IMG/VR virus record: IMGVR_UViG_3300027541_000721
Span: 1-64,000 of that record
Source: an uncultured virus (IMG/VR IMGVR_UViG_3300027541_000721)
Taxonomy: Duplodnaviria > Heunggongvirae > Uroviricota > Caudoviricetes
DNA: 64,000 nt
Direction: 5' to 3' (one strand)
Shown: piece by piece, positions 16,774 to 26,602 of the stretch
Layout of the letters: each line of letters begins with the position of its first letter
Numbering within the stretch: the stretch's first letter is position 1
Notes under the pieces: generated by a model
What the model saw: the letters and a program-made list of their open reading frames with translations, nothing else
What the model was told of the DNA's origin: nothing
Databases searched by the model: none
Position numbers and translations under genes: made by a program

Positions 16774-18663
16774 TTATAAAACCCCGAAATCAAATGAGGG
16801 TAAAAATCCTGCAGGATCTGTTAAACAATCAAAGACACTAATGATAGAAATTCCAAAAGCATCATAATTAGAAGATAAATTACCATAATCACCTAATGGT
16901 AATGATGAAGTATGAATTCCAGAAACTTTATTTGCTCTCACTGTATTTTGGTTGCCATCAATAATTACACTTGACTGACCTACTGTTAAAATTCCAGTAA
17001 CTCTAGCATTACCATTAACCATTAATGTGGTTCCAGATGCACCTACTGCACCAACTTCCAAAGCAAATCTTGCATTTGTAGTTCCTATACCAACTCCAGA
17101 ACTGTTAATTCTTACATACTCTTGAGTTTCTGATTTATCGGTAAAAATAATATCTTCAGATCCAATAGTAATATTAGAACCTGTTGAGATTCCATTATAA
17201 TCTGTGACAATTTTTAAATCACCATTTGAAGTAAAGATTCTTGCTACTCCTCCAGTACCAGGAATTCCCCCAAAATTATCATAAATGAAACCAAGATGAT
17301 CTTCACCACTTCCATCAATATTTTGACCTAAAGTAAAAGTAGCAGGTAAACCAGAAGCAGAAGATGTAATAGAAATAGTAGGAAGAGTGAACGTCTGTGG
17401 GAACAGAGAATTTAATGAAATTACACCAGAATTCAGTATAAATGTGTCAACATCAGTTTGAAAATATCCTCCAGGAGTATTGATTGCAATATTAGGAGCA
17501 TAAACACTTAAAAGAGGTGTAGAAATATCTACAATTGATGTGCCAATTCCAACTGAGGTAAATGTATTGCCGTCATTACAATCAAAATTTACTGTTCCTA
17601 AAACATCTAATTGTGATATTGGGTCTGTGGTTCCAATACCAATGTTTCCACTAAAAATAGAAACATCAGAAACACTTAAAGTTTCAAGAGAAGTATCACC
17701 TTTTACTGTAAGAGCACTTGTTGGATTTGTGGTTCCAACACCAACATTAGATAATGTGTGGATTCCTGATGCTGTTGTGACCCACTGAGAAGAAATAGGT
17801 AACTGCGAATTACCCCAAATACCAGTAGAAGAATCATAAATTAAAACGTCATTATCTGATAATGTTGTAGTATCAATCCCAACATCATGAAGATCATTTA
17901 AAAAGAATCCAAATGTAGGTCTAACTAAAATAATCCCAGCATTCTGATGAGATCTAAGAACTGCTGCAATTTGAATAGAGTGATTTGGTGCAGATGGCTG
18001 CACATTTGTCATAACACCTACATTATTTGGATCAGCATAAAGAATATCACCTACATTCCATTCTTCAGTATTAAGATCTCCGACTTTACCAAAACTAGTA
18101 ACATATCCAAAATCATTAGTTGCAAAATCTTGAGTTGCAACACCCATAATGTAAGTATCTCTGAATCCCACTGATTGTAAATCTGATGGGGTTATGAGTG
18201 CATGATCCCCCTGGACTCCCGCAAACATTATAAGTTGACCATTAGTTATTGGTGCTACAGCTTTAGCATAAAAATATTGCTCTTGCCCCACTTGAAGTGT
18301 GACATCATTCAATAATCCAATATCTAAAGTTCCTTCAGAACTATTCCAAGAAAGATCTCCCGCACTTATAGTTGCTACAGTATCTGTTTTAAATCCAATG
18401 GAAGTAAATTCCGATATCACTGTAGATAAACCTACAGTTGAAATACCAGAATTATAAGATATTGAAAAATTATTATCAAAATTAAATGTAGTAGTAGCAC
18501 CCACTACAGCATTATTACTTTCTAATGCAACAGAAGATGCATTATAATTTACAGTCAACGATGTTGAATATCCCACCCACTGTTTCCCATTCCAAATAAA
18601 AGAATTTTCACCACTAGTAAAAATTTGATATAGTGTTGGTGAACCTGGGAAATTTATTGCCAT
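16774..18663 (-). CDS. Virion structural/fibre protein
   Basis: MAINFPGSPT...W.W.G..W N-terminus, repeated GNVGIGTT shaft motifs, LNDLHDV...DNDVL.YD...W repeat. Confidence 0.7.
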   Translation of the reverse strand: MAINFPGSPTLYQIFTSGENSFIWNGKQWVGYSTSLTVNYNASSVALESNNAVVGATTTFNFDNNFSISYNSGISTVGLSTVISEFTSIGFKTDTVATISAGDLSWNSSEGTLDIGLLNDVTLQVGQEQYFYAKAVAPITNGQLIMFAGVQGDHALITPSDLQSVGFRDTYIMGVATQDFATNDFGYVTSFGKVGDLNTEEWNVGDILYADPNNVGVMTNVQPSAPNHSIQIAAVLRSHQNAGIILVRPTFGFFLNDLHDVGIDTTTLSDNDVLIYDSSTGIWGNSQLPISSQWVTTASGIHTLSNVGVGTTNPTSALTVKGDTSLETLSVSDVSIFSGNIGIGTTDPISQLDVLGTVNFDCNDGNTFTSVGIGTSIVDISTPLLSVYAPNIAINTPGGYFQTDVDTFILNSGVISLNSLFPQTFTLPTISITSSASGLPATFTLGQNIDGSGEDHLGFIYDNFGGIPGTGGVARIFTSNGDLKIVTDYNGISTGSNITIGSEDIIFTDKSETQEYVRINSSGVGIGTTNARFALEVGAVGASGTTLMVNGNARVTGILTVGQSSVIIDGNQNTVRANKVSGIHTSSLPLGDYGNLSSNYDAFGISIISVFDCLTDPAGFLPSFDFGVL

Positions 18664-18678
18664 TTTTACCCTTTCTAA

Positions 18679-19605
18679 TTATTTATTATAAACTCCACGA
18701 GGGAATACTTGACCTTGTGAAGGTCTTCTTCCTGTCAAGTATCCAGGTCTAGTATCTGTTAAGACATTAAAATTAGATCCACTTATATTTCCCAAAGAAA
18801 CAGATCCATTTGTTACTTCAATAAAACCTGTTCTACTATTTACAAGAATTTCATTGGAACTTAAAGTTTTATTTTTATATGCACGAATTAGTGCTATCCT
18901 TCCATTAAATGTATCATTATACTGTAGTTTATCTCCATTAAATGCAGCGATTCCAATATTTTTACTCGTAGAATAAATTGTAGGAACAGAATAACTAACA
19001 TCCAAATTACCATTAATATAAAATGAAAGTATAGAACTACCATAAGTTACTACAACATGATTCCAAACATCTTGAGTGATTGATGTACTTGAGGATTTAC
19101 CGACAGCAGTTGCTCTTGTAGATCCTGTTTGATATATAAAATCCAACTTATTAGTAGATTCATTAACTCTAAACTGCCAATTTAATGGATCAGTATCTCC
19201 AGTATCTGCAGTAAATATTTGTGAATTAGCTCCATCTCCAGAATCACTATCGTAGTAAATCCAAGCCTCAATTGAAAATTGAGAACTATTAGTTAAATTC
19301 AAACTATCAGATTCAGGTATTGTTCCCTTAGAAGTAGATGATCCATTGAAAACAAGGGAAGAAAAATTAACAGTTGCAGTGTTAAATGATATATTTGTTA
19401 AAAATGCATTGTTATTTTGTCCACTTATATCAGTCCAAGTATTTCCATTTCCAGGATAAGATGTTATTTTGTTGGTATTTAAATTTAAAACCAAACCGTC
19501 AGTAATTTCAGGTGGTTGAAAAAAAATATTTGAATAATTAAAATGTACTGAAGTATTTAATCCAGAAACAGCAGTTGTTAAAGTTGGAAAACTATAATCT
19601 GCCAT
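18679..19605 (-). CDS. LamG/concanavalin-A-like lectin domain virion protein
   Basis: TDGLVLNL...SYPGNGNTWTDISG...FSIEAWI...WNHVVVTY...FYING...FNGRI..IR.Y...LS..EI. Confidence 0.85.
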   Translation of the reverse strand: MADYSFPTLTTAVSGLNTSVHFNYSNIFFQPPEITDGLVLNLNTNKITSYPGNGNTWTDISGQNNNAFLTNISFNTATVNFSSLVFNGSSTSKGTIPESDSLNLTNSSQFSIEAWIYYDSDSGDGANSQIFTADTGDTDPLNWQFRVNESTNKLDFIYQTGSTRATAVGKSSSTSITQDVWNHVVVTYGSSILSFYINGNLDVSYSVPTIYSTSKNIGIAAFNGDKLQYNDTFNGRIALIRAYKNKTLSSNEILVNSRTGFIEVTNGSVSLGNISGSNFNVLTDTRPGYLTGRRPSQGQVFPRGVYNK

Positions 19606-21074
19606 TAGACTGTCCTCGCACAGAAGAGAATACCACGAGTTCTTGTAGTTTGATTGTAAGAACCAGTAATTACAGTATAAACTTCAGATCCACTAATTGT
19701 GATTGTATCACCCTGTTGGATATTTGCAGATGGAGTTGCATAATCAAAATCAATTAATACAAAATCATCAGGAATGTAATAAGGAACGGGAACTAACAAA
19801 GCATTAATTGGAATACCTTTAATTACAGCATTAAAGTTTGATGCTGATGGTAAGGTTTCACTGAAATTGTCTCCACCGGATCCACGACTTGTAATATTTC
19901 TTACATAAATGTTAGAATCAGTAGCTGTATATGATTGTGAATGAGATGTTGAACGATAAGTATTAGATTTATATGGTTGTGAATGTAAATTAGCACTATC
20001 AAATTGAGTATATCCAAATTCAGCAGCACGTTTTGATGGAACTGTTGAACTGTATGCAGAGTATTCCCCTGCAGTATATGTTCTAAATTCTAAACCTGGA
20101 TAATAATCATTTGAAATAGGTATAATCATTGTCATTCCACCCAGGAAAACATAATCATAATCCCATAAAGTGGATGTATGATTATGAAGTATGAATGTAA
20201 GGTATGTATTATCTCTCAATTTAGTAGAAGATAGTGTTGGATGCCTATAGGATAAAACAGAAAATTTTGGATCTATTCCAGATTTGAAAATATTCAAATC
20301 TAATTGATAAGAAGTAGAATTTGCAATTGTTTCTCCACCATTATTTGCTGCAGTATAATATCCAAACTGATCAGATGCCCTATCAAAATATGCACCACTT
20401 ATAACTGGGGTATAAGGCATATCAAAATATGAGTTCCCAGCAAAACGATTTGGATATCCTTTCCCTCTATTTACATATACATTTGAAATATCTGAAGGAT
20501 GAAATCCAGATCCAACGTGAAATTCTAAAGAAGTATCACTCATCATTTGGAATCCTCTGTAGGTATCTCCAAATTTCTTATTTGATTGAATTGTATGTCT
20601 CAATACTCCCCAAGGATATGTCCCCCCTGCGGTTACATCCTTATCGTAAAAAGCATTTGTTGCTCCATAACTAACGGGAGTTACACCACCATCAACTAAA
20701 ACAGTAATACCAATCGCAACAGCTCCATTTGCAGCACCACCAATATCCGCTGGTGATAATGTTACATACTCGCCATTCGTATATCCAACACCAGGACGAT
20801 TGACATAAATGTTTTGAACCGTTCCACCAGATCTATCAACATAAAAACTTGCTCCAGTTCCAATTCCAGTTGTAGTTGCAGTAAATACATCATAGTGATC
20901 TGTACTTGATGATCCTACAGTTCCACCACCACTATAAGCACTAATACCAGTTACAATTCCAGTTTGAGTTGCCCCGTGCCAACCTAACCAAGTAAATGCA
21001 CTTTCTAATTGCTCTATAACATTAGTTCTTGCCCAACCAGGATTAATTGAAATTGTTGTCGTTGTAATTGCCAT
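19605..21074 (-). CDS. Virion structural protein
   Basis: TGIGTGASF.V...G.V..I.VN.PG.GY..G repeat typical of cyanomyophage structural proteins; operon context. Confidence 0.65.
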   Translation of the reverse strand: MAITTTTISINPGWARTNVIEQLESAFTWLGWHGATQTGIVTGISAYSGGGTVGSSSTDHYDVFTATTTGIGTGASFYVDRSGGTVQNIYVNRPGVGYTNGEYVTLSPADIGGAANGAVAIGITVLVDGGVTPVSYGATNAFYDKDVTAGGTYPWGVLRHTIQSNKKFGDTYRGFQMMSDTSLEFHVGSGFHPSDISNVYVNRGKGYPNRFAGNSYFDMPYTPVISGAYFDRASDQFGYYTAANNGGETIANSTSYQLDLNIFKSGIDPKFSVLSYRHPTLSSTKLRDNTYLTFILHNHTSTLWDYDYVFLGGMTMIIPISNDYYPGLEFRTYTAGEYSAYSSTVPSKRAAEFGYTQFDSANLHSQPYKSNTYRSTSHSQSYTATDSNIYVRNITSRGSGGDNFSETLPSASNFNAVIKGIPINALLVPVPYYIPDDFVLIDFDYATPSANIQQGDTITISGSEVYTVITGSYNQTTRTRGILFCARTV

Positions 21075-21080
21075 TAGTCT

Positions 21081-23846
21081 TTATGCCTCCAGTTGAAGAA
21101 TGGTTAGATTTGCTGTAATTGCTTGTGTAGAACCAGAAAGGTTTGTGATTGCTGCATATATTGTAGTGTCAGTGGGATTATCAAGATTACCACCCATCAC
21201 AAAAGGAGAAATAATTTGAGTAGTTGAAATGCCAGTAGTAATCACTTCAGCAATCACTCCACTTCCAGGTGTTGGATCAATTCCAACACTTCTAGAAGCA
21301 TCAGCAGCACGAGATGCACTATCTGTATATAGTCTTAACCAACCTGCAGTGGAAAGACCGACTCTCATTAAAGCATAAGACTTAAATCCTGTAATATTTG
21401 TATTACCAATTCCATTATTTGCAATTGATGTTGTTACACCAGTTACAGTAGTTCTTGATTGTAGTGAACCACCAGATGCTGTAATTGTTGCAATACCAGA
21501 AGTAGAATAATCAACATCAAGTCCAGTTCCAAAGTTAATTGTTCGTGCAGAACCAACATTTACATTATCGTCTAAAACAACAATACCAGATCCAGTTGCA
21601 TTAACATTGAGAAGTGCAGAACCATCAATCGCAGGTAGTGATCCAGTTAATTGACCTGCAGGGAGACTGGTTATGTTTGCACCAGAACCATAGAAAGAAG
21701 TAGCAGTAATTACACCAGTTGCATTTATATGCCCAGAATTTGATAATGTAATTGCAGATCCAACTTTAACATTTCCAATAAAAGTGTTATCCGAATTTCC
21801 ATTAGATGTTAATGATCCATCTATTGAAAGATTTCCAGTATCAGAGTATAAAGTTGCTATCTCAGATTTGTTTAAGAAAGATTCCTTTCTGTAGAATACA
21901 ATATTTCCTCTATCACCATTTGTAAATCCATTTGCAGCAATTTGCAGTTCCTTACTGCTAGCATTAATATTTCCAGAAACACTACCTGCTGGATCCCTAC
22001 CAATAATTATGGCATTATTAAGGTCTGAGTAACTACCTGCTCTTAAATAATCAACAGTGGTAATACCTGCGTAAATATTTGGAGTTCCTGCAAGACTATA
22101 AGCAGTTGTTGCTTCTGATACTGAACTTGCACCAGAGACAGTGGCAATACCAGACCCAAATGAAACATTTAAGTTTGTTCCAAAATCAATTGTCCCTGCA
22201 GTTCCCACTGGTGTTCCATCTTCTCTAATTTCAACTCCAGCACCTGTAGCAACAACTCCAGTCAATGCAGAACCGTCAATGGCAGGAAGTGCTCCTGTAA
22301 GTTGCCCAGCATTGAGTGTTCCATAGAAACTTGTAGCAGATACAACACCAGAAACTGTGAGTGCTTCTGTAGCTACTGTAGTCTTAATACCAACATTACC
22401 ACTTGAGTTAATATATTGTCTGATGTTTCCTTCACCATCAGCAATGACTACATTATTTGATGATGTGCGAATATCTAATCCAGTCTGTCCATCATAACCA
22501 CCAAGAATTACGTTATAAGAACCAGTTGTAATTTTTTGCCCTGCTCTTACACCAACACCAATATTGTATTGTCCAGTGGTTGTGTCATAATAAGACAGTT
22601 CACCGATACCAATGTTTCTACCCTGACCACCGTTTAAAGTAACAAGAACCTGATCACCAATCGCAATATTTCTACCACTTCCAGATCCAGAAGGCAAATT
22701 ACCAAATCTTAAGTTTGATGATGCATCTGCTTGAATTCTTCCCTGAGAAATTGTTGTTACACCAGATACATTCAGTTGCGAAGCATTTGCATAACCACCT
22801 GTTAAGTTTGTTGCATCAGTTATAGAACCAACAAGATTTCCATAGAAAGTTGTAGCACTAATAATTCCAGTAGAGGAATACATTGTGATGCCACTACCCA
22901 CAAAAGTATTACCACTAAAAGTAGAAATACCGGAAGCATTTAATTGCCCTGTAACGGTTGTTCCTGTGATTGTTACACCAGTATTAGTGGTTGCTAACTT
23001 TTTAGATCCATTATAATAAAGATCTACAGATCCATCTGCAGTACAATCAAGCATGAACTCAGCATCTGCTTTATTTTTTAATATAATTCTATCAGATGTT
23101 ATCCTAAAAGTTGTGTTGCTGTATATTCTAGATCCAGTAACACCATTATATTGAAGATAATATTGATTAGAATCTCCAAGATTGATATTAGAATTAGTAG
23201 AAAGATTTATATTATTTTTAAAAGTAGAAACACCAGTCACATAAAGTTGAGATGTTGATGTTCCACTACCAACAACGGTAAGAGCACTTGTTGGATTTGT
23301 GGTTCCTATACCAACATTCGAAAGTGTATGAATTCCTACTAATGAAGATAACCAGTAAGACTCTCCAGAACCCCCTGTTGTATTAAGTCCTGCAGATGCT
23401 GGAGAAAAATCTACCCATTGTGAAGAACTTCCATCATTATAATATATAAATCCTCTTCCTAAAGTACTATCATACCATAAATTTCCACTAATAGGAGAGA
23501 CAGGTTCAGTATCAGAAATGGTTACACTTGCACCACCACCTCCAGAGAATGCAATACCATTCTGATATAAAGTTCCCGTAAGATTAATATCCCCAATTAC
23601 TTCTAATTTATATTGGGAATTTGTTGTACCTATACCAATATTTCCATCATTATAGTATGCACTGCCATTCGGGTTCTCAGTCCATACATTTAAAAGTGTG
23701 ACGGTAGATCCTACTCCAACATTCTCTTTTCTTGCAAAGAGTCTACCATCATTAAAATTATACCCTAACTCTCCAAGTTCTAAATCTGAAACTTGTGGTC
23801 TTTTTCCGGATACGGATGATCTTTTAAGTTTAAACGGAGTTGCCAT
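21081..23846 (-). CDS. Long tail fibre protein with a T4 gp37-like N-terminus
   Basis: MATPFKLKRSSVSGKRP...LELGELGYN..DGRLF; GNIGIGTT and LPAIDGSAL shaft repeats; short beta-roll NIAIG repeats. Confidence 0.8.
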   Translation of the reverse strand: MATPFKLKRSSVSGKRPQVSDLELGELGYNFNDGRLFARKENVGVGSTVTLLNVWTENPNGSAYYNDGNIGIGTTNSQYKLEVIGDINLTGTLYQNGIAFSGGGGASVTISDTEPVSPISGNLWYDSTLGRGFIYYNDGSSSQWVDFSPASAGLNTTGGSGESYWLSSLVGIHTLSNVGIGTTNPTSALTVVGSGTSTSQLYVTGVSTFKNNINLSTNSNINLGDSNQYYLQYNGVTGSRIYSNTTFRITSDRIILKNKADAEFMLDCTADGSVDLYYNGSKKLATTNTGVTITGTTVTGQLNASGISTFSGNTFVGSGITMYSSTGIISATTFYGNLVGSITDATNLTGGYANASQLNVSGVTTISQGRIQADASSNLRFGNLPSGSGSGRNIAIGDQVLVTLNGGQGRNIGIGELSYYDTTTGQYNIGVGVRAGQKITTGSYNVILGGYDGQTGLDIRTSSNNVVIADGEGNIRQYINSSGNVGIKTTVATEALTVSGVVSATSFYGTLNAGQLTGALPAIDGSALTGVVATGAGVEIREDGTPVGTAGTIDFGTNLNVSFGSGIATVSGASSVSEATTAYSLAGTPNIYAGITTVDYLRAGSYSDLNNAIIIGRDPAGSVSGNINASSKELQIAANGFTNGDRGNIVFYRKESFLNKSEIATLYSDTGNLSIDGSLTSNGNSDNTFIGNVKVGSAITLSNSGHINATGVITATSFYGSGANITSLPAGQLTGSLPAIDGSALLNVNATGSGIVVLDDNVNVGSARTINFGTGLDVDYSTSGIATITASGGSLQSRTTVTGVTTSIANNGIGNTNITGFKSYALMRVGLSTAGWLRLYTDSASRAADASRSVGIDPTPGSGVIAEVITTGISTTQIISPFVMGGNLDNPTDTTIYAAITNLSGSTQAITANLTILQLEA

Positions 23847-23861
23847 ATTGGTATATACCTA

Positions 23862-23890
23862 ATAAAAAAGGAGACTTATCTAAGTCTCCT
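23862..23890 (-). terminator. Intrinsic terminator overlapped by a late promoter
   Basis: Minus strand AGGAGACTTA-GA-TAAGTCTCCT then TTTTTATT; AATAAATA immediately upstream (about 23893-23900). Confidence 0.75.
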
Positions 23891-23895
23891 AATAT

Positions 23896-24051
23896 TTATT
23901 CAGTTTCCAATTCTTCTAATGCTTCTAATGCACCTTGAAGTTTCAAGAATTCTTCTTTCTTTTTATTGAATTCTTGTTCCATAGCAAGAAGTTCATCTCT
24001 AATTTTAGTTGCCTTTTCAGTCAGAATGGTTTTCATTTCATCTTGTTTCAT
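23896..24051 (-). CDS. Small coiled-coil protein, 51 aa (MKQDEMKTILTEKATKIRDELLAMEQEFNKKKEEFLKLQGALEALEELETE)
   Basis: Hand-translated; fills the intergenic gap; the LQGALEAL motif recurs in small phage fibre-associated proteins. Confidence 0.7.
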   Translation of the reverse strand: MKQDEMKTILTEKATKIRDELLAMEQEFNKKKEEFLKLQGALEALEELETE

Positions 24052-24057
24052 AATAGA

Positions 24058-24654
24058 TTATTTTAACTCTTCGTTATTTATACATTTATCAAAACCAAAT
24101 CCAAGATACGTCCTACCATTATAAATTAATTTTTTATTTGAACCATTTCCATCAACAAAATGTAAAAAACATTGAAGATTCCATTTACTTTTAGAAATTG
24201 GTCCAGAATTTGATAAGTATCTACTGTCAAAGATACATAGGTCACCCGGATTTAAATTAATTTCAATAGAATCAAATTGTTTATTAACTCTATTAAGGTG
24301 GATTGGATCTACATCATTTTCTTTTGAAAATCCTAAAGATAAAATTGCCGTAATTTCACCAGAATTTTTATTTACATCGTACTGTAATTGATCACCTTTC
24401 ATATACATTCTAACAAAACTATATGTTGGAAGTATATTAATTCCTAAAATCTCACCTAAAGGTTCACATGAATTTTGTAATATAACTTCAGACAGAGAAT
24501 CATAACAAAAATCATAAGTATTTTGATAAAGATTAATATCACTTGAATTAATTTTCAATGTAAAATAATCTTGGATAAATTCAACAAAATCTTCTTCTAA
24601 AAAATTTCTAATTATTTTATAATGATCACTTTTAAAATTTTGAGGTTCTATCAT
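24058..24654 (-). CDS. 2OG-Fe(II) oxygenase-fold protein lacking the iron ligands
   Basis: PTYSFVRMY.KGD.L..., EI...L.LG, LNPGD..IF, QCFLH.VD.NG fit a common phage 2OG family; HxD and the distal H are absent. Confidence 0.7.
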   Translation of the reverse strand: MIEPQNFKSDHYKIIRNFLEEDFVEFIQDYFTLKINSSDINLYQNTYDFCYDSLSEVILQNSCEPLGEILGINILPTYSFVRMYMKGDQLQYDVNKNSGEITAILSLGFSKENDVDPIHLNRVNKQFDSIEINLNPGDLCIFDSRYLSNSGPISKSKWNLQCFLHFVDGNGSNKKLIYNGRTYLGFGFDKCINNEELK

Positions 24655-24659
24655 AATTT

Positions 24660-25328
24660 TTATTTAAATCTTGGACCAATTACCCAACCAACAAGAACAT
24701 ATCTAGTTCCTTTTGTAATAGGAGTACATTCATGAAGAACATTAGATGGAAAAAATGTAATTAATCCTTTTTTCTTTTCTATAATTTGAGGAGTTTTACT
24801 TAAATGCAATCTCAATTCACCACCTTCATATTCAGACGGATCTGAAAGTTGTAATACAAAAGAAAGTTTCCTATCGTGTGGAACATTATTGTATATTGTA
24901 TCCAAATGTGGTTTGTAAAAACTCTTAGTATTTCCATAATATTTTGTAAACTGAAGCATTTCAATTTTTTCTAAATCAAATTTAAAATACTCAGAATTAA
25001 CATAATTTATACAATCAGTTAATCTTTGATAAATCCATTCTGTTACATTATTAACAGGAACCCAAGATAATTTAGAAATTCTAGTTTGAATTTCTAAATC
25101 ATTATTAGTTGAAACTAATGCATCAACTTCAGGAATACGATTGCAAATGGAAATTATTTTATTCAATTCATTATCTTTAAATAAATCACTATAATAATAA
25201 AATAAACCATTATTATTATAATTTTTTAAATAATATTCTTTTGCATTAACTACACTAAGTTCATCTTCATCTATCAATGGTCTGACCATGTTAATGATAT
25301 TTTTACTTTTTAAAAATTTAGATATCAT
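24660..25328 (-). CDS. 2OG-Fe(II) oxygenase (PKHD/P4H-like)
   Basis: HLD...RKLS..LQLS....YEGGEL...FPS...HE.TP.T.GTRY.LVGW (HxD...H...R). Confidence 0.9.
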   Translation of the reverse strand: MISKFLKSKNIINMVRPLIDEDELSVVNAKEYYLKNYNNNGLFYYYSDLFKDNELNKIISICNRIPEVDALVSTNNDLEIQTRISKLSWVPVNNVTEWIYQRLTDCINYVNSEYFKFDLEKIEMLQFTKYYGNTKSFYKPHLDTIYNNVPHDRKLSFVLQLSDPSEYEGGELRLHLSKTPQIIEKKKGLITFFPSNVLHECTPITKGTRYVLVGWVIGPRFK

Positions 25329-25930
25329 ATTTTTATCATATTAGAGGGCCAAGAAATATCATTTGAAATCAATGAAAAAATATCTAAAATATCATTACAT
25401 TTATCAATCTGATTATTAAGATCAAATTCTAAGTCAAATAGTTTTTGAAAAAATTTTTGAATTTCATTTACCATTTTAATAAATTCACTTGAAGTAAAAT
25501 CAATAAATCCACTTTTTGATTTCCATTTGAATTTTAAATCATTATTAGAATTACATTCCAAATATTTTAATAGCAATAATGTTTTAGATCTATCGTCGGT
25601 AGATATTTCATATCTATTATCGATATTAATCCCTGAACATTCTATTTCATATCTTAATGAACTTATTTGATCTTTGAATTGAGACTTTATAATTTCAAAT
25701 AGTATACTATCACATTCAAATTCTTTCAACTTTTTTTCATTTTCTTTTGAAAATTTTAAGAACCCATGATTTGGATATCCTGCCCAAGAAAGATCATAAA
25801 GTTCATCTTTATTAAGATATACAATTCCTGAAATATTTTTCCAATTTATTTCTAATTTTTCTGGAGGACTTAAAATTTTTTTTTCTTTTGGATTTATTTC
25901 AAAATATAAATCAACTAAAATGTTCTTCAT
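25325..25930 (-). CDS. DUF4376-like tail-fibre-associated protein (start probably MKNILV)
   Basis: P..W.NI.G......L.DLSWAG....G; I..LRYE.E..GI......TDDRS......WK...GF..F......Q..FD.E. Confidence 0.65.
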   Translation of the reverse strand: MKNILVDLYFEINPKEKKILSPPEKLEINWKNISGIVYLNKDELYDLSWAGYPNHGFLKFSKENEKKLKEFECDSILFEIIKSQFKDQISSLRYEIECSGINIDNRYEISTDDRSKTLLLLKYLECNSNNDLKFKWKSKSGFIDFTSSEFIKMVNEIQKFFQKLFDLEFDLNNQIDKCNDILDIFSLISNDISWPSNMIKI

Positions 25931-26579
25931 AATCTTTCCAAGCTTGGTCGGGATCTGCACCATTTTCAATTGATTGTATAACTCTACGTTTAGCTATTTC
26001 TTTTTCACTCTTTTTCCTATCTTTTTTAACATTTTCTCTTAATTTTTCAAGATTTTTTAATGGTTCTTTTCCCAAATTATCAGAAATTTCTTCTTGAATT
26101 TTTAACTCTTCAAATACTTTTTTAGATTGTTCTTCAATATCAAAAGATTTATTTTTTTTCTTTGATTTTGTTTTTGTGGGAAGTGCCTTTTTCTCTTCAG
26201 TATTTCCTTCTAAAGATTTTTTATGTGTTTCCATTACCTGTTGCATTTGCCAAGGTGCAGCACCTGCCCAATATCTATCGTCAGCATCTAAATTCCACCC
26301 CCTCCAGGAAGCAAAATCTTGTCTAGGTCTCATAGCAATTTGAAGTCCTACTCCTGAGGCTAATTGTTCTATAAGTTCAATAACTTCTACAGGTTGAAGA
26401 ACAGACCAAAGATTATAATAGTCTCCCCTCATTGATATTTCGACTACACCACCAAATGCAGTTCCCACTGTTACTGATCTAGCTCTACTTTTACTTGCTT
26501 TCAATCCTGCTAATTCATTTTCTTCATAAATTTGATTTATTTTTTCACGTATTTCATTAGTTTTCTTTTTTGAAGCCAT
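25911..26579 (-). CDS. Hypothetical protein with a conserved-looking core and a charged C-terminal tail
   Basis: ORF track; core RARSVTVGTAFGGVVEISMRG...LQPVEVIELI.QLA..VG.....PR.DFASWR.W. Confidence 0.75.
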   Translation of the reverse strand: MASKKKTNEIREKINQIYEENELAGLKASKSRARSVTVGTAFGGVVEISMRGDYYNLWSVLQPVEVIELIEQLASGVGLQIAMRPRQDFASWRGWNLDADDRYWAGAAPWQMQQVMETHKKSLEGNTEEKKALPTKTKSKKKNKSFDIEEQSKKVFEELKIQEEISDNLGKEPLKNLEKLRENVKKDRKKSEKEIAKRRVIQSIENGADPDQAWKDYEEHFS

Positions 26580-26602
26580 GTTAATTGCATCTCCTTATTA
26601 TG

